From assembly GCF_036321535.1 (NCBI RefSeq), contig NC_087437.1:32242001-32306000 (forward strand): a stretch of DNA of 64,000 nt. Direction: 5' to 3'. Position numbers and translations under genes: made by a program. Under the pieces are notes generated by a model. That model had not been told where the DNA came from. It saw nothing but the letters and a program-made list of their open reading frames with translations, and ran no database searches. Shown piece after piece: positions 23,914 to 36,690 of the stretch (within the stretch, counting starts at the first letter, position 1; each line of letters begins with the position of its first letter). The DNA comes from Camelus dromedarius. Its lineage: Eukaryota.

Positions 23914-24396
23914 CAGTGTTCTCAAAGCACGGTCTGTCCTCACACTGTGGTTCCAATCATCTGTATCCATGTCCACTCATGATTTCTCCTATATTCATAT
24001 ATCTCCCATATTATTATTATCATTACTATTTATCCAGCACTTCTTCTTTAAACTGATTAGCATTATTTAAATAAATTTATTTTAAAAGGGAAATTTTATA
24101 TCATCACCCAATGAATTAGCAATATCTCTTGCCATTGATAGCAAGTTAACTAAAGACAATGCAAAATACAATTATATGGAATTCTAACTAGATATTACTG
24201 CCTGGGTAAAGAAAACCAGCTGAAATCTGTTCTCTTTGATTATAAAGGACTATTGGCTAGCTTCAAAGATGTCCACGACCTAGTAGGACTAAATGAAAAT
24301 GGATTCTGGACCTGATTCCAATGTTATCTAATGCCACCTTTCTGTCATTAAGAAGAATATACGTCAGTAGGATCTTCTCACACTTTGAGACCACTG
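23914..24396. mobile_element. hAT-Charlie-type non-autonomous DNA transposon
   Basis: Terminal inverted repeats cagtgttctcaaag (23914) and ctttgagaccactg (24383-24396), 13/14 match; AT-rich interior. Confidence 0.7.
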
Positions 24397-24907
24397 CAGT
24401 CCACAGTGCTGCCACGCCAGGCCCCTGTCACTCCTTAGAGATCCAAAGACTCCCTTCCTCTCCTGCACAGCAAAGCCTTTCAAGGAAAGTACACCAAGAT
24501 AGCTTCAGGCACATTCTGTTTGGTCACCAGATGCCAAATAAATACCCAACTCTCCTTTATTTTCATAGTAGAATAGACATTGAATTTAAGCATTAATTTT
24601 GGTAAAGCTTTTTAAGGGACTATCTTTTTCACCCCAGAAACAACATCAAGATAATTAAATTTTAGATCATAATGAATCATGGCAGTTGATCTCAGCAGTG
24701 GAAAAAATGCTATGATTTAAATTGCCAATATATAGATACTTTTAGTTCTTGGAAGCCAATGCCAACTGTGCTTGCTGGAAGTTAAACTTTCAGTAGCTTG
24801 TTATGAGTGATGCAGGTTTTAGTCATTAAAAAAAAAAAACTTCAACTAAATAATTTGCATCCAAAGGATGACACCAGTTAACACCGTGAACTTGTTGTTT
24901 CAGGAAT

Positions 24908-24926
24908 TGACCACTAGATGGAGAAC
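24908..24926 (+). promoter_or_regulatory. Candidate CTCF site
   Basis: tgaCCACTAGATGGAGaac matches the CTCF core CCACTAGRTGGMG. Confidence 0.45.
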
Positions 24927-25829
24927 TTGCAATTCAAAAATAAAAATCTTAGCCCTGGAGGTACAAGCATTTTACCAAGGGTTCTATTGTACTTATAAAC
25001 CCTGCCTGTACACAAGCGAGAAGGCACTGCTTGCCCTGAAGATGGTATTCTTTTCTTTCCTCCCAGACTTTGATATGCCTCTGCCTCTTTCCTCAGGACA
25101 GGTCACTTCTCCCCACAGGCAGTTTCTCTGTTTGAGTTCACCTTTTTAAACTTCTAGCGTGTCATTATTCTATTCCTAGCTCTGCGACTGAGTAGGAAAA
25201 TGTGTTCCTTAAGATGTGGTTTCTTTCTTCCATCTACCTTGCGACTACTCACTTCTGAGTGCTAAGACGCTGCTTCCTCAAGTCCCATTCCTAGATGCTA
25301 ATCCGATGCTGCCCGCAAAAGCACCTTGATTTGGAGGACATTCATTCTTCTCCACAAATTACACCCCACTTTTATTCTCCCCCATGATGATAGCAATAAA
25401 TCTTCTTTACAGTTTTTTTTAAATAAAGTCCATATCAATGGAGCAGTTGTTCTTATACCAACTCTTTAAATACGGCCATAATGAGGTATGTGAGCCCAGT
25501 TCTCAGAGTGAGGACAGGAAATGGGAGTGACACCTCTAAGCAGTAAGGTCTAAAACAAGAGAATACATTGAGACCATTGCAGCAAATCTGTGAGTTTATT
25601 TGCAAGTTCTAATTCAGGGCTGTACTTTCCCCAGGAGGTTAATGGCTTGTGTGTGTACACGTGCATGTATGTGTGTGTGTGTCATAAAGGGGGAAGACAT
25701 CAGAAGAACTGAAATATTGACTTATTCCCTACACAAATAGGTATGCCAACAAAATCACACACAAAAGAGCCTCTTTGTGGCTGGGGTTTCCTGGCTGCCG
25801 CCCCAGAACCTAAGAACCCAGAGCTCTAC

Positions 25830-26005
25830 TCCCAGGTGGCCCCTCCTAATTTTCTAAATAACCTTGGGCAAGTCACTTAACCTTCCCAAACCTCAGCTTC
25901 TTCGGCTATAAAAGGAGGATGCCAACAGCTGTCTCTTCACTGCTTCTCCGGGAAGTTCTGAGGATTAATGATGAGAGAAAGGCCGTCAAGGGCCTGGAGT
26001 TTCTT
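25830..26005 (+). mobile_element. MIR SINE
   Basis: accttgggcaagtcacttaaccttccc..acctcagcttcttc...tgaggattaa. Confidence 0.8.
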
Positions 26006-29000
26006 TAAGAAAGGTGCTGCTTACTCTTGGATTGGAGTTATAAAAATAAGAGGGATAAACACACACCAGCAACCCAGGTCAAGACCGTCACGAGGGCTCT
26101 GTGTCCTGCGGGTTTCCAATTTTCCTCCCTTCAAAGAGGGTTGACAGGGACCAAACCAAACAAAAAATACCTAATAACGCCTTTGTTTGACAAAATTCTC
26201 ACTGGATCTTTATCTGATTAGGCTGTGTCTGTAGATGAAATGACTTTAAACATCCGGAAAGAACTGAAAGGAAAAATCGGGTCTGCCCAAAGACGCGGGG
26301 CACTCCTGCCCAGCCCTTCATCAGAGTGAAACGCATTTCTCTGCAGAGAGGAGCAAACTCCTCTGACAATTAGCCTTCCAGCTCAGTGGCAGTAATTATC
26401 ACCATTAGAGGCTTTTCTTTCCCTCTTATGATGAAATATGTATTCATGCCGCGGTGGCCCCAATCTGTGGATGGCTTGGGCAGAACCCAAAATGCAAGGA
26501 AAGGATCAATTTTAACCTATTTTAAAACATTTGATCTAATTTGATATTTCTAGTTTTCCACGGCTTACAGCAAATAGATGAAAATAAATGTCTTGTCACA
26601 TGTGGTGCTGCGAACTATGCCTTTTGGTTTTCAAAGACTCCTGAAAACAGGAGGAGAATCCTCTATTAGCTATGTCTGATGCCTCAGGATTTTCCAGCTG
26701 TCATTGTTCAAAGGTCTATTCTTTGGAGCCTTGAGGAATGACCAAGTGGATTATCTGCTCTAAAATGCTGTAAGTGATCTGCTTCTCCAAGTCTTTCAGC
26801 TGGAATAATGGGAAGGGATGGAGCAGAAGGGCGAGTAGCAGGTCCTCTCAAGAATATGAGGAGTATATATGCATTTCTATGTATTTCAGTCCTAGAGAGC
26901 TAATTCTGATATTTGAAGAGGAGGAAGCACAATAAGTAATCACAGATTGTGCTGCCGTTAGCTTCCTTTTCTGAAGTCTAATTATTGAAGTGGCCCGCTG
27001 CCTTGATTAAGCCTTTCCTCCCTAAATAATTAATTTGCACTTATGCAAGTGTATTTGCCTCTTCCAAATCTTAACAGATAACACTGAGAACCCAAATTCA
27101 GCAAACCTTCTTTCAAGCAGATAAATAATTGCCTTGGAATTCTCCTTGGTAAAGGTGGGCTAAACTTTAGTATACCATGTTAATTCAAAGCAGATATTAG
27201 CTATTTGGTGTTAGAAAATGTTATAAACTCATAAACATTTGTAAATGTACATGGTCTATAAGTTTAGTTAGCTGGAATATATTAACTAGTCCAAAGGAAT
27301 AGTTTCAATGTAAATATTTAACCAATTTGTTTCAATCTATTTCACAAACATTTATGCCAACCAGATAATTTTTTTAAATGAAGGCTCTGGAATCAAGAAG
27401 AACTCGGATTGAGAGTGTTAAGTGGATGATCAGGGTTCTTTGCACCATCTGCAGCCAAAACTGAACACACATAGTTTATCAATGGCGGGTGGGTAGCAAC
27501 TTCTTCATATGTAGAGAATTCGGGTGTGAAGTATGCATGAGCACAATCCCACCCACAGGGCTCTTTGATTCTTGTTGGGCAGGGCTTTTGTAAAGGAATA
27601 CAGTAAGAGAAATCATTGTTTTCTTGATGCTTGTCTTTCTCTGGGTCCATTCTCATTGGGGAACATGTGTGCACCTCCTTACTACACAGGTGAGGAGATG
27701 GTTCCCATCCCTGGCACCCTTCCCGTTCCCATAACTGCTCCGTATTGGGATATTACTTCCTTCCTTTTCAATCCAGTCAAGAGAGCTTGGGAAGGAGTGG
27801 GACAGGGCAAGAGGACACTCCCAAGGGGGTTGTGGAGTACCCCACCGTCCCCGGGGTCCCCAAGCCCTCAGCCAGGGTCCTGAAACTGACTCCTTCACAC
27901 TGACTCTCTGTGATGTGGTGTTTGACTTCCACATTATCTCATGATTTTCTGAAGTGTCACTGTTTTTCTGACATCTTGGGGTTCAGTTTTGGCATCACCT
28001 TGTTTCCCAGCTCAGATCTGAGGTTACAATGCCTGAAAGGCTATATCCACTGCAGGTATTCCAGGCCACTCATTCGAGGAAAAGCAGTTTCCAACCGCAG
28101 CTGGATCAGCTGGTCAAGCCCAGCCCCCTCCCCACCAGTTACCAAATTTCTGGTGTTAGAAGAGTTGCACTGGTGTTGGGATTTCCACTCCAGGTGGAAG
28201 AGACTCTTCCTGCAAGTATAAAGTCAGGCCATGCCTCTGTGCATCTCAGCGTTTTTTTGTGCGCGTATGTGGTGGTGGGTTTGGTGTTTTCTTCTTTCAT
28301 TTTATTATTCATGTTATTTTCATTTTGGGATGTTATCCTTATAAACTGAAATCCCAGATGAGTGTATACCAGGCAGAATCATGAGACTCATGCTATGAAA
28401 AAGCCCATGCAGCCTCTTTTTTTTTTTTTTCCCCCCAGAGGAACTTCCTTTCTGCCCTTGGAGTCAATCCTTCAAGATAGGAGCACAGGGTAAATAGTGA
28501 CCTGGGGAAACATCTTGCTTTGGGTGTGTTTCCCCATGCTCAAAGATTTTTCAACAGGTCAGCTTTCAGGAAACTGCCATCGTAAAATTCTTCGTAAACT
28601 CACCACTGTCTTAGATGGATTTTAGTAGGTCTGTGTCAAGAGCAGGGCAAGGAGAGAGGCTGGATGAATTTCCCATGGAAGAGCTGTAACCTGAAGTAGT
28701 GTTCCCAGTAAGAGAAAGGGGCAAATGGAGAGAGCCAGGAATCTTCAGCATTGATAAGCAGTATTGATTGTGTGTCTACCTGGTGCTGGACAGCTAAGGA
28801 ACAGGGCTGAAGATCAGAATGCAAGAGGACAGGATAGTTTGGAAACTTTATAAATGGCTGTGCTAAACAGAGGAAGCTCATGAGCCTGGAAATAAGGGAT
28901 CAAAGGGAAATGGGGCAGGCAGACTCTTTCAGGCCAAAAATTTCAAGGTATTTTTTGAATAACTGGAATGATGAAGGAAGGAATGAGTTGGGGAGTGTGG

Positions 29001-30096
29001 AATAATGTATTAGCTGGTGGTTCACCTACTGTAAGATACAGTTCTTTTTTTGTTGTTTATTTATTTGCTTTTTTTTCCCCACCAGATTGCATGTTTGAAA
29101 TTTCCTTTTTTGATCTTTAAATAGTCCTGGGGGAAACACTTATAAGGCAGACAAGATGTTTCCAAACTTCTGTATGTTTCATTAAAAATAAATATTACAG
29201 AGGAGGTTGTAGATCAAATCAGTCTTTGTAGCATAATTAGCCAAGCAAATCCACCTTCCCTCTGCCATGATTATAGTGAGGTCATTCACCTTAGGTTTTC
29301 CACCAGTAAATTGTGGACACTACCTTTCACCAACCAGCTGAGTTGGTATTTAAAATAATTTTAAGCATATCTAGAACTCTGTTGCATTATAATAAGATTT
29401 ATAGCTCTGTACATTTTCTGCAGTGATAGAAAGTTACTGCTCTATATCATCATTATTCTGAAATCTTGAGGTCTTTGCAATAATTCAAGAGTTTGACAAT
29501 GAAGGATTTAGCCAAAGAATCTGGCATATTGCTTTGCTCTTATTCTGGGTAAGGTTTTGAATGAATCCAATTGAAATTTTAAGAAAAGGTACCTATATTT
29601 TTCTGATATCAAGTGTGATTATTAAATTTTTGTGCTTCTGCTATACTTCTTAACCCTTTATGAACATTTAAAAACATGCTCTTTCTATGGTTTCTTCTCA
29701 ATAGGTTTTTGTGACTATTACTAAAGCCCTATTGGTCTCATTGACTAACTGCCATTCAATATTTGCCGATAAGTAGAGAGACATGAAAGGCCAGATTTGT
29801 TCCTATGACAGAGATGCTTGCTGTAATAAACATTTGTAGCACATTGTTTTTTCAACTTGAAGGCTATTTCAATTCCACTAGAAGGAATAGCTGAGTCTCA
29901 GATATTTATTTAAATCTTACTACAGCTTTCCTATTACATCCCTAAATAAGATGAAAAAATTCTTTGGAAATCCAGAGTTCCGGACAAATAACTGTTTTAT
30001 GCCTGTATTTTAGAAACACAATCTGATGGTTATGCTAATTACAGAACAGGTCAAAGGTGCATTTTTTAAAAGGTCGTATTATCAGGAGAAAGGAAG

Positions 30097-30186
30097 GAGC
30101 ACTTATTGAATACCTACTATGAGCTAGGCACTGAGTCAAATGCTTTCTTGAATTGTCAAAATACTAACCACAAGTCTATGGCAGGG
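30097..30186 (-). mobile_element. MIR, part 1 (interrupted by MLT1)
   Basis: agcacttattgaatacctactatgagctaggcactg. Confidence 0.75.
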
Positions 30187-30687
30187 TGTGATGAATTGAA
30201 CTGCGTCCCCCTAAAAGGTGCATATATAATATATATAATAGTATACATATATATATATATATAATATTATATATGCAAGTCCTAACCCTCCAGCACCTGT
30301 GAGTATGGCCTTATTTGAAAATAGGGTCTTTACAGATGTAATCAAGTTAAAATAAGGCACACTAGATTAGGGAGGGCCCTAAATCCAGTGACCAGTGTCC
30401 TGGTCAGACACTGAGGATATACACAGGGGAAAATGTTCTGTGACAACAGAAGCAGAGATTGAGGTGATCCAGTTACAAGTGAAGGATGCTGAAGATTACC
30501 AGCAACCACCAAAAGCTAGGAGAGAGGCATGGACCAGATTCTACCTCAGAACCTCCAGAAGGAACCTACCCTGCCGACATCTTGATTTTGGATTTTTGGC
30601 TCCTGACCTGTGAGAGAATAAATTGCTGTTGTTTTAAGTCATCAAGTTTGTGGTAGTTTGTTACAACAGCCCTGGGAAGTGAATACA
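30187..30687 (+). mobile_element. MaLR solo LTR (MLT1C-like)
   Basis: TG...aataCA termini; aaatagggtctttacagatgtaatcaagttaaa, aagctaggagagaggcatgg, aataaattgctgttgttttaag. Confidence 0.92.
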
Positions 30688-30694
30688 TGTACCT

Positions 30695-30790
30695 ACCGTG
30701 ATATTACCTCTACTTCACACAAGAAACTTGCCATGAACATCTTGTTAGTAAGTGATGGGTGCTGGATTCAAACCCAGGGCCATTATGCTT
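30695..30790 (-). mobile_element. MIR, part 2
   Basis: tagtaagtgatgggtgctggattcaaacccagg. Confidence 0.65.
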
Positions 30791-32806
30791 TTACTAACAC
30801 TTGCCTGATCGCTGTGCACATGACTCTGCAAACTTGATTTCTTCTCTTGTTAGTCTAAACTCTGTGGGAATAAATGTTACAGCCTCATGTCCGTAGGCGG
30901 GAAAATCATGTTGTAACACACTGAACTGTTTCCAGTACTTGAAATAACAAACACTGCAGCCGACCCCTAGCATATCATAGAGCGTCCCTGATGTCAGCAA
31001 AGTGATGTGAAATTATGCATGAATCAGTTAAATATTTGAAATATGCCAACTACACTCATCAAATTGTCCACCTTTGATGAGGCCTATAAAGCTGTTTGTT
31101 ACTGTCATCAATCCCTATACTGGTTGAGTTCCTAGGACAAACAGCAGATTCACAGAAAACTACTCTTACTTTTTTAGATGTCAGATATTTTGTTTTCAGT
31201 GTATACTGCCTCTTCTAAAAGATTTAATTCTTGTTTCCTAAGGCATATTTAAACATATAATATTCATTTAATGCATCTGTAAATGATGCATGATATGTAT
31301 TCAGAAGTAGCTATACATAAAATAATACATTTAATGGGGAACTTTTTGGTATTATCATTAACTTTCCCAAACTTGAATAAATCCAAAACATTTAATTTTG
31401 ACAACTAAAGACTGACTTTCTAGTTCCAGGAGGGCTTGCTACAGCCAGTCATTTTCTAAGTGAGGGGACCCATAGATCATGAGTGAAACACAAGCAGACT
31501 TCAATGCTTGTGGAGAAGGAGGAGGAGGACCTAGCACAGAAGGACTCTCGGGGGTATGGTTTCTCTCTGCTTGAGCAGGGGAACAAGGCCTGCAGATGGT
31601 GTAGGAGGGCAGGTGGGGTGGAGCACTTCTGATAGCTTTGTGATCTCCAAAACAACTGGATCCTCCACCGCCCGTCAGTGAGGCTCAGGGGGAACCAGGA
31701 TTCTACAGCCAAAATAAATCCCAGTCCTTTAAAAGCTTATAGAAAATGCCAATCATAAGGCTAACTTTTCAAAACACAGCACTGCCAACTCGCTTCAGAC
31801 TGGGGTATGATACTCAGGTTGTATCAACAAGCTGAATATTATTTCAGGTCCACAAGTTTCTATGTTTCTATCACTTTAGGAAACAAAAAAGTAACCAAAA
31901 AAGAAAATCTTGGAACAGAGAAGCACCTGTTTGGAGAATTTCAGGTTCCACAAAAGAGTTTCCTGAAGATCCTACCAGAACACCAGTACAGAATTTTTAA
32001 TCTTTTATTCCCCAACCCCAACTCATCCTTATGTGCGCCACAAGTCTCTATCAGACATACATTTGACCAGATAGCCCCTCTTTACAAGTTCTCCTGCAGC
32101 ACCATTTTCCCCCCTACTTGCTCCACATTTCCCAGCAGGAGGGCAGGCAGGTCTACCCTCTTCTCCAGCAGTCTGTGGACCAGCCTCTGGCATTCTGTGC
32201 TGAGTATCGCTGAAGTAGCTCTAGGTCAAGCTACTCAGCTGGGCAGAGGTGGGAGCAGTGATGTCAGAGTTCCCTGGAAGAGCATTTATGAGTACATTGG
32301 CATCCTGGGGTGCCGGGGGAATGAATGTGCAAATGCTTCAACACCCTCCAGGTGCTTCTGGACTGCTTTCCCCTCTCCCACCAGCTAAGAATGATTCCTG
32401 CTCCTTTTGTAGCGAATCTTGTCAGGTAAGGAGCTCCAGAACGACAAACCCTAGCCTCTTAGTAGCTTTATAATGCAAGGGAAAAACAGAGGAAAAATAA
32501 ATCCTTTCTTGGTCAATATTTTCTTATTTGATAGTTATGAGATTATATATTGGGCAGGCAGATGGTTTGCTTAAAGAGGCACATGAGTTTTCAAGTGCAA
32601 TTGGGGGAAACACTGCCTGTATTATCTCCCTCTTCCTGAATGTTTCTCCACATCCTCTCTCTGCTATCATTCTCTGCCCACTGGCTCCTTGACTTCTGTT
32701 TTTCGATTTAGACAAGTAATAGAGAATCTTAAAGCTAGCACTCCTTATACTTATCTCCAGGGATAAATGAACATTTTGTCATATTTCCTTCAGATCTTTC
32801 TTTAAA

Positions 32807-33937
32807 GGTTTTATTGAGGTATAATTCACATACCGTACAATTTACTCATTTAAAACGTACAATTCAGTGGGTTTGGGAATACTATGTTGTTAATTTTTTT
32901 AATAGTGGTAAAATATTTAACATGAAATTTGCCATTTTAATTATTTTTCAGTATTCAATTCAGTGGCATTAGTTACATTTACAATATTGTGCAATCCCCA
33001 CCACTATCAGAAACTCTGTAACCACTGAACAAAATCTCCCATCTCTCTCCTCCCCAAACCCTGGTAACCTCTAATCTACCTTCAATCTCTATGAATTTAC
33101 CTGTTCTACATATGTCATACAAGTGGAATCAGAAATATGAGCTCTTCTGTGTCTGGCTTATTTTAGCTAGCAAAATGTTTTCAAGGTTTATCCATGTGGT
33201 AGCAGGTAGAAGAACATTGCTTTTTTTGGCTAAATAATATTCCCACTGTGTGGTATATACAACTTTTTTTTTAATCCACTTGTCTGTTGATGGACACTTG
33301 GGTTGTTTCCATCTTTTGCTATTGTGAATAATGCTGTAGTGAACATTGACATACAAGTATCTGTTCAAATCCCTGCTTTCAGCTCCTTTGGGTATATAAC
33401 TAGGAGTGGAATTGCTAGGTCATATGGTAATTCTATGCTTAGCTTTTTGAGGAGCTGCCAAACTGTTTTCCATAGTGGGTACCACCTTACATTCCTACCA
33501 GCAAGGCATGAGGGTTCCAACTTCGCCATATCTTCACCAAACCTTATTTTTTTCCTTTTTTAAAAAAATGCTGTTCTAATAGGTGTGAAGTATCTTACTG
33601 TGGTCTTTGTTTGGCATTTCTCTTACGACTAATGATATTGAGTATCTTTTCATGTGCTTGTGAGCCATTTGTATGTCTTCTTTGGAAAAATGTTCATTCA
33701 AGTTCTTTGTCCTTTTAAAAATTGAGTTGTTTGTCTTTTTATTGTTGAGTTGTAGGAGTTATTTATATATGCCAGATGCTAACTTTTTATCAGACATATG
33801 ATTTCTAAATATTTCCTCCTATTGTCTAGGTAGGGTGTTTTTTCACTTTATTGAAAACGTCCTTTAAAGCACAAGTTTTTAATTTCGATTAAGTCCATTA
33901 TACCTATTTTTCTTTGGTTGCTCTTACTTTTGGTGTA
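32807..33937 (-). mobile_element. L1MB-like LINE 3' portion
   Basis: Antisense ORF2-end motifs (gatggacacttgggttgtttcca, ggaattgctaggtcatatggtaattctatg, gagtatcttttcatgtgctt); flanked by cagatctttc (32791) / cagatttttt (33938). Confidence 0.92.
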
Positions 33938-34750
33938 CAGATTTTTTTAAGATAAGAAATAGAATATAGCTGATAAAGATGCTGCCTTCTCTCTATCATT
34001 CTCCAATCAAGCTCCCCTCTCTCCTCAGAGGCTATCACTATCATGAATTTGGTGTTCCATTTCTTATGGAATATAAGGAGTGCTAGCTTCAGGATTCTCT
34101 ATACTTGCCTAAATGTTCAAAAACATTTTTCTAAATCAAACAGGTTCCACCCACGTTTTATACCCATAATATATTTATATAATATATATCATATAAAATA
34201 CTATAATTCATATTACATTAATAAGATACTATATTATAGACATGTATACAATAACTAGCATCCTGTTGTATGCTTTTAAAATTAAATATAAATGGAATCA
34301 TTTTTCTTTTGGCAGTTTTTCCTTTGAGCCTACATTTGAGATCTATCCATGTGGATCCATATTTACGTAGTTCCTTAATTTTCACTGCTGTAACTGTACT
34401 CAATCAAATGATCAGGGAGTGATATTCAAATTACTGAACAACTGGCATGGTTCTGGCATCAAGCAGCACACACAGGTGCTCGTCATAAACAACAGCAGCC
34501 CTGGGTAGCCGTGCACACCCAGGTGCGCTTGTGCTCACCAGGCTAAATACCAAACCAGCCTCCACATTTGATCTATCTGCTCCATTATTGTGAAATTTAG
34601 ATCGTTTCCAACTTTTCATTGTTATAAACAATACTGCTAGAAACATTTTGGTAGCCATCTCTTCATGTACATCTGTGAGAACTTCTCTAGGATATAGCCT
34701 TAGGAGCAGAACTGATGGGCAGTCTGCTAGCACGTGTTCTATTTCATCTT
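33938..34750 (-). mobile_element. Older L1ME-like LINE
   Basis: aaatggaatcat...tttgagatctatccatgtgg...tttagatcgtttccaacttttc...ctctaggatatagccttaggagcagaact. Confidence 0.7.
34413..34552. mobile_element. Small hAT-type MITE inserted in L1ME
   Basis: cagggagtgatattcaaattactgaacaactgg...accaggctaaatacc resembles a short Tip100-type MITE; interrupts L1 continuity. Confidence 0.45.
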
Positions 34751-34753
34751 TCC

Positions 34754-35905
34754 TGTTATATCAGAATTGTGGCTAAGCCCTAAAGCTGAGGACAAAAGAT
34801 GTTAAGTGCCCACATTCCATATAACCACCACGATGTCATAGCAGTTGTGACCAGCTACCTCCCAGGAAGGCATATTGAGAGGCACCAGTGCTGAGAGTAA
34901 GTCTTTTCTCTGACACTCCATCCCAGTCAGGCTAAGGGAAAACAGACAGAGGAGAGGGTCCTTCAGAGAACACCAAGTTCACAAAGAAAGGATATTCTCT
35001 CTACACTTCCACAATATCCTCCAGAAAAGCCAAGGGAGGAAGAAAGATAGTCATGATAAAGGTTTTCTGGGCATCTGTCAGAATCATTCCCCTTCGCTAC
35101 TGCACACAAACAAAGTCAGAGCCTGATGTTCCTCTCTTATGGAAGTTGGGATTGAAGGCTTGGACTTGCAGAGCACCAAATGCCCCAGGGCGTAGAGAAA
35201 GAGGCAGGAGAGAGAAGACAGGAATGAGAGGCAGTGGCATTCGTACTACTGGGCATGCAAATACCCTATGCTGGAGACACTGAGGCATGGTGGAAGAAGC
35301 TCAGGCAGATTCAATCCCATGTCAGGCAACTTCTCAGGGCACAAGCCCCCATGGAGCCCTTCAAAGAATACACACACAAGCCCCATGACAGCTCAGCATC
35401 TGGATCCTTCCATGTAGAGGCAAGATGCTGTGGGCCAGAGAAGCAGCAAAACACACCAAGCAAAGTCTACAGAGAGAAGTCTACTGTCCCCTCATCCAAT
35501 CGTGCAAGAAGGAACTTTGCCATTTTCCTTTTCCTCTTCCCCATCCAACTTAAGAGGAAGAAGAGAGAGGAGAAGGTGGTGCCTGAGTCCCCACCTCCCT
35601 AACAAAAGCTTCTGCTGAGAGAGGAGGAAAAGAGCTTTGCATCAGATAAGGGATGGAAGCTTTAAAACAAGCAGAACTGAGTTTTTAAAATTTAAATTTT
35701 AAAATTTAACACTGAGTCAATGTGACTGCTCCAATAAGTGAAAGTGGCCAAAAGCTGAAGAAAACAGCCAAAGGATATTCAGGGAGCCTGTTCCTCAGCG
35801 GGCAGGGAGGATCAACATGTTATCATAGGGCATTTGTTGGACAGAATAAAATCTCGCCAGGTTTATAACCCAATGAGACTAGACTGTTTGATGAACTACT
35901 GATAC
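34754..35905. mobile_element. Unclassified LTR-like insertion splitting the L1ME
   Basis: L1ME stops near 34750 and resumes near 35910; insert starts TGT and has AATAAA at ~35845. Confidence 0.4.
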
Positions 35906-35909
35906 TCCA

Positions 35910-36690
35910 TCAACTAGCAGTAACGGGAACTGCCAAGGTGCTCTCCAAGTGGAGAATTCAGTTATACTCCCCTCAGCAGGGAATGAGAGTTCCTCTGCCA
36001 ATCGGCTGGGTGTGCAGTGGTATCTGTGTTGTTTCTACTTGCTTATGTTTTTTATTTCACAAAAATCATCAATTTTGAGCAAAACACACACACACACACA
36101 CACACACACGAAAACAACCAATTTTTTTTTTTAAGCTGGAACTGACATCTTTATGATGTTGACCTGTCCTATCTAAGAACGAGAGATGTCTTTCCATTAT
36201 GTTAGTCTATTTTTGCGTCTTTCAGAGGTGTTTTAAAGTCTTCCTCTTTAGAGTTTTGCACACTTCTTGTTAAGATTATTCCTAAAGTGGGGCTTTTTCT
36301 ACTTTATATCTTCTAGTTATTATTTATGTATATTAAAGATATTGATTTCTATATGTTAATTTTTTAAACATTTGAGTTAGGGTTGTTACTCATTCTCTAG
36401 GGTTTTAGACATAGTATCAGATCATCTTCAAATAGAGATAGTTTTACCTCCTTTTTGCCAATTTGCCTGCCTTTAGTTGAGTTCTCCTATCTAGTTGCTT
36501 TGGCTAATGTCACCAGTAACATGTTGAATAGTGGTGGAGACAGTAGGCAACCTTGCCTTGTTCCTGATCTTAATAAGTGCCTCCAGTGTTTCCCCACCAA
36601 ATGAAATACTGGCTTCAATACTGGCTTAATTCCTATTTCCTTGAATGTTTTAACAGGAAAGCATGTTCAATTTTGTCCAAACCGAAGAAA
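35910..36690 (-). mobile_element. L1ME/L1M continuation (ORF2 region)
   Basis: aactgccaa...ctctccaagtgg...cagcagggaatgagagttcc; gaactgacatctttatgatgttga; ccttgccttgttcctgatctta. Confidence 0.75.
36084..36109. repeat. (CA)n microsatellite
   Basis: About 13 AC units. Confidence 0.95.

Noticed and set aside
27393..27674. 93-aa minus-strand ORF in the repeat-poor block
   Set aside because: No recognisable family or exon boundaries; length is within chance expectation.
31807..32388. Longest ORF in the window (193 aa)
   Set aside because: No recognisable domain and no supporting gene structure. One ORF of this size in six frames of 64 kb is not compelling.
33129..33563. ORFs resembling database 'hypothetical proteins'
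   Set aside because: They are translations of decayed L1 ORF2-end and 3'UTR sequence, in sense and antisense.
35683..35704. 22-bp perfect palindrome ttttaaaatttaaattttaaaa
   Set aside because: Pure A/T low-complexity sequence, readily produced by slippage.
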